Below are positions 44,739 through 48,735 of a stretch of 48,735 nucleotides of DNA, one piece after another. The stretch comes from Chiloscyllium plagiosum (Eukaryota). The position numbers and the translations under genes were made by a program. The stretch's first letter is position 1. Each line of letters begins with the position of its first letter. Below the pieces are notes generated by a model. That model was not told the origin of the DNA. It did no database searches and was given only the letters and a program-made list of their open reading frames with translations. The stretch spans positions 90,673,756-90,722,490 of the forward strand of contig NC_057719.1 in NCBI RefSeq assembly GCF_004010195.1, in the 5' to 3' direction.

Positions 44739-45627
44739 TATCTTTTGTCCTATACCTGTCTCGATTCAAATAATAAACAGGAACAGTTTCTCTCTTATTA
44801 CTGTGTCCAGCTCCTTCATGATTTTGGAAACTTCCATCACACCTCCTCAGCCTACCTGCTTCCAAGGAGCACAGTCAGTCCTTATAACTGAATTTCTCGT
44901 TCCTGAAACTATTTCTGTAACTCTCAGCAGTGATCATATGTGCTAGGTCTCTGTCCTTGTCCTTGTCCTACAGTTCGCAGTTCAGTTCATTCAGTTTTGA
45001 TGCTGTGTCTGTAAGGAACCTGAAGTTGAGAAACCTCACATTGTCTGACAGCTCACTCCATGCCTCATTCCTTGAGACAATTTCAAGCATCAGATCTAAA
45101 ATAGTTTGTTGTAACTTTCTTTGACTTAACTATCTCTCATCAACCTGACCAGTTAGTTCACTGTAGGTAACATTAAGTTTGTTGAGTAAGGAGTTAAGCT
45201 AAGCTCTTGCTAGATCAAGTTTACAATTGTAATAACAATTTCCATTAAGTGAGAAAAGTTCATAACTTTACATGCTAATGTTTGATGGTGGATTGTACAG
45301 TGATAATTATCGAAAGAGGTGAAACCAGGATTATTTCTGCAAGCTGTGACAAAGCATGCATTTGTGCTAAGCATGGCTCATGTGCCATCAGTTATGATGG
45401 AAACCAGTTTCTTGATTGGGATGTTGTTCTGAGCCACGTACCTTTTGAATTCATTGTAGGTTTCCTCATCTCTTGTTCTCTTTTCAAGGTGCAAGAAGGT
45501 GAAAAGATCCTATTTAGTTGTCGCATCCTTAAAGTATGCACACAAAAACGTTTAGCTGGGCTACGTCTGTAATGTCAGTGAATTAATCAAACTGCAGTGA
45601 GAAGCATTCACTGCCGTTCAAGTCCTG

Positions 45628-45738
45628 TTGTAGATGCTGAAAGATATCTTCAGGTAGACAAACAGGAGGCTGGAAGAACACAGCAAGATAGGCAACATCA
45701 AAAGGTAGAGAAGTCAACGTTTTGGGTGTAATCCTTTA
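45628..45738 (-). mobile_element. PLE pLTR fragment (family B)
   Basis: GTAGACAAACAGGAGGCTGGAAGAACACAGCAAG, as at 7664. Confidence 0.8.
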
Positions 45739-46199
45739 GGCAAAGATTCCACTCGTCCTGCTGCTGTGGAAGCACCAAGTGACATATATTCTGGATTGCA
45801 GTTATTATTTTTCCTTATTTTTAGAGTTTTTGTATAAAGAGTCAGTGGTCACATTATTTCTTAGATAATTACTGTGCATTATTTATTATGTTTCACCAGA
45901 AGATGGCAAACACAAAGTGCTTTTTCAGTCCAGCGCTTACCGTTAGATGCTAGTTTAGAAAAAATGTCTTGAGCTTTAAAAATGACCTTTAGCTTACATT
46001 TCTTTTATTAAATTATCATTATTAAATTAGCTTTCTTTGTGTGAAGTGCGCTGTTCAAGAAAAGAACAATCATTTCGATTTACTGTGCTTTGTTACGAAC
46101 CAATCCAACTTTCCATTTTAACTTATAATATAGCACAAATGCTAGAGGCAAGAAACGTAATGATAAACAGAAAACATTTGTGAACAGAAATTCATTTTC

Positions 46200-46500
46200 T
46201 CATTCAGCACGAAGGTTGTATATTTCTGGTTTCTTTTTGGATGGTCCGCCTTCATGACTCATCGTTATCGCTTTAGCTTCTAGTTAATGATGTCACTCTG
46301 CAAATTGGACTCTCGAACATCCAGAACGTTGCTAGCTTTTTTCAAATGTGTAGGCACGGGAGGTCACCTCTGTGGTTGTGATTTGTTTCTGTACCTGTAG
46401 TCGGCTTACGTCGCTTGGATATGAAGACTGAAAACTTAAAGTTTATAAAGGAGCAGAATTAGCTGAGCTGCAGCAAGTCTACGTGGACATGCCGGGCTGA
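46200..46500 (+). promoter_or_regulatory. Candidate promoter/enhancer
   Basis: 12 CpGs in 300 bp of non-repeat DNA; TGACTCA 46255, TGATGTCA 46288, ATTGG 46304, TATAAAG 46444. Confidence 0.3.
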
Positions 46501-46680
46501 GTATCCTTCTATTTATGGTCCTGTAACATACAGGCTTCACACATCATTTTCTGGCATATCTTTTGTGTTGACAAATGAATAATACTTACTTTTATCCTGT
46601 AGTGATAATTCATCTGAACAAACCTGGAACTCTATGCAACAAGCTAGTAAAACCTGTTACAAGTGTGCACTTTTCTCTAA

Positions 46681-46799
46681 GGAGAAAGTGAGGTCTGCAG
46701 ATGCTGGAGATCAAAGTTGAAACTTTATTGCTGGAACAGCACAGCAGGTCAGGCAGCATCCAGGGAACAGGAGATTCGACGTTTCGGGCACAGGCCCTT
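46681..46799 (-). mobile_element. PLE pLTR fragment (family A)
   Basis: GAGAAAGTGAGGTCTGCAGATGCTGG..TCGACGTTTCGGGCACAGGCCCTT, truncated inside the HHR motif. Confidence 0.85.
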
Positions 46800-47034
46800 A
46801 ATGTAAACAGAGATTATGTAGTGGCATGACAATTGACCTGTGTGTGATGAAGAGACTTGGATGGATGGTGAGATCAACTGACAGCAACACACAAAGTGTG
46901 GGGATGGAGTTAGAAGTTGATTGTGTTAGAGACTACATTTCTAGATGGTAGAGACTGCTGCTTTGGATGATATTGTTGGAGCCTTGGTGAGTTGCTACAC
47001 TGCATCTATTGGACTGCACATACTGTTTTTGTGT

Positions 47035-47693
47035 CATAGAACATAGAACATTACAGCGCGGTACAGGCCCTTCGACCCTCGATGTTGTGCCACCCTGTGG
47101 AACCAATCTGAAGCCTATCTAACCTACACTATTCCATTCTCATCCATATGTTTATCCAATGACCATTTAAATGCCCGTAAAATTGGCAAGTCTACTACTG
47201 TTACAGGCAGTGCATTCCACGCCCAACTACTCTCTGAGTAAAGAAACTACCTCTGACATCTGTCCTATATCGATCACCCCTCAATTTGAAGCTATGACCC
47301 CTTGTGCTAGCCATCACCATCCAAGGAAAAAGGCTGTTACTGTCCACCCTATCTAACCCTCAGATTATCATATGTCTCAATTAAGTCACCTCTCAACTGT
47401 CTTCTCTTGAATGAAAACAGCCTCAAATCCCTCAGCCTTTCCTCATAAAACCTTCACTCCATACCAGGCAGCATCCTAGTAAATTGCCTCTGAATCCTTT
47501 CCAAAACTTACACACCCTTCCGATGATGTGGTGACCAGAACTGTTCACAATACACCAGAGTTTTGTACAGCTGCAGCATGACCTCATTGTTCCGAAACTC
47601 GATCCCTCTACTAATAAAAGTTAACACATCGTATGCCTTAACAGCCCTATGAACCTGGGTGGCAACTTTGAAGGATCTATGTACATGGACACC
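47035..47693 (-). mobile_element. CR1 3' end
   Basis: (CATAGAA)n tail; minus-strand CEQFWSP and RLLPGM remnants. Confidence 0.88.
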
Positions 47694-48079
47694 TTAAGTT
47701 AACTTCCAGAAAAAAATTTTTTTGACCATCTTTTGCATTTTCTACTGAATCATATTGTTTGCAGCTATTTGATTTTTTCAGTTTCTTTTGGTTTTTCCTG
47801 TTGTGAAACCTCCTTCAGTTGTAAAAGAGGGATCCCGCATGCTTGCTTAGAAATTATTGAAGGACTTAGATATTCAATCACTGAAACCTGTTTCATGATA
47901 TTATAATCTTAATCACACATGACTCCATTCCTACTCCCATTTACAGCCTGTCAGTCAAGGATGCCATCCCTGTGGCCTCATGTCTCTCATTGTCTGCATC
48001 ATTGAAAATGCCTTCTCTGACCCCATCCATTTACCTCTCACCATTTGTGCCTTGCTATGCCTTTCTAATATGACTTAGT

Positions 48080-48399
48080 TAGAGAGTCGTGCAGCATAGA
48101 AACAGATCTTTTGGTCCAACTCATCTGCACTGACCAGACATTTCAATCTGACCTAGTCCCATTTGCCAGAATTTGGCCAATATCCCCATAAACCTTCCAA
48201 TTCATGTACCCATGAAGATGCCTTTTAAATGTGATTGTATCTGTCTCCATTATGTCCTCTGACAGCTCTTACCATACACTCATCACTGTGTGTGAAAAAG
48301 CTACCCCTCTTTTTAAATCTTTCCCCTCTCACCTTCAGCCTGCGCCCTCTAATTTTGGACTCCCCACCCTAGGAACAAGATCTTGGCTATATACCTTAT
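48080..48399 (-). mobile_element. CR1/HER1 3' end
   Basis: Same family as 1815-2242. Confidence 0.82.
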
Positions 48400-48735
48400 C
48401 ATAGAACATAGAACATAGAAGAATACAGCGCAGTACAGGCTCTTTGGCCCTCGATGTTGCGCCGATCCAAGCCCACTTAACCTACACTAACCCACTATCC
48501 TCCATATGCCTATCCAATGCCCGTTTAAATGCCCTTAAAGAGGGAGAGTCCACCACTGCTACTGGCAGGGCATTCCATGAACTCACGACTCGCTGAGTAA
48601 AGAATCTACCCCTAACATCTGTCCTATACCTACCACCTCTTAATTTAAAGCTATGCCCCTCGTAATAGCTGACTCCATACGTGGAAAAAGGTTCTCATGG
48701 TCAACCCTATCTAAACCCCTAATCATCTTGTACAC
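48400..48735 (-). mobile_element. Young CR1 3' end (continues past the window)
   Basis: (CATAGAA)3 tail; minus strand VYKMIRGLDRVDHENLFPR..FFTQRVVSSWNALP. Confidence 0.9.

Larger units (their letters stand above)
43670..44930 (-). mobile_element. Old CR1 3' fragments with LTR and PLE inserts
   Basis: RFNRMIPELK..LRGDLIEVFK; HLEYCIQFWAP at 44365-44400. Confidence 0.75.

Overview
Eukaryotic, repeat-dense, intronic/intergenic DNA from an elasmobranch (shark), as indicated by many HE1-type V-SINEs, CR1/HER1-like LINEs and Deu-domain SINEs. No complete protein-coding gene, intact autonomous transposon, CRISPR array or rRNA/tRNA gene is supported. Essentially every ORF in the six-frame track is a TE fragment, antisense to one, or chance. 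Contents: about 10 HE1 SINE pieces; many CR1-clade fragments, including a nested near-full-length CR1 at 38.4-42.0 kb; L2 and Rex1/Babar fragments; two solo LTRs; a Tc2/pogo-like TIR element; a Tigger-like MITE; and a fossil Harbinger Myb/SANT gene that retains its intron layout. The most notable system is a set of about 19 Penelope-like (PLE) pieces in roughly five sequence families. One is a Neptune-type Zn-finger/GIY-YIG fragment; many are short, often fold-back pseudo-LTR insertions with 8-15 bp target duplications. Four families carry a minimal hammerhead-ribozyme core (CTGAnGA-A-stemII-GAAA-n-nUH) whose stem II covaries between families. A cluster of plus-strand exon-like segments at 0.6-4.4 kb may be the 3' end of an unidentified gene. 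A CpG-retaining, motif-rich tract at about 46.2-46.5 kb may be regulatory. Family names come from recalled motifs rather than database searches, and boundaries of old repeats are approximate.
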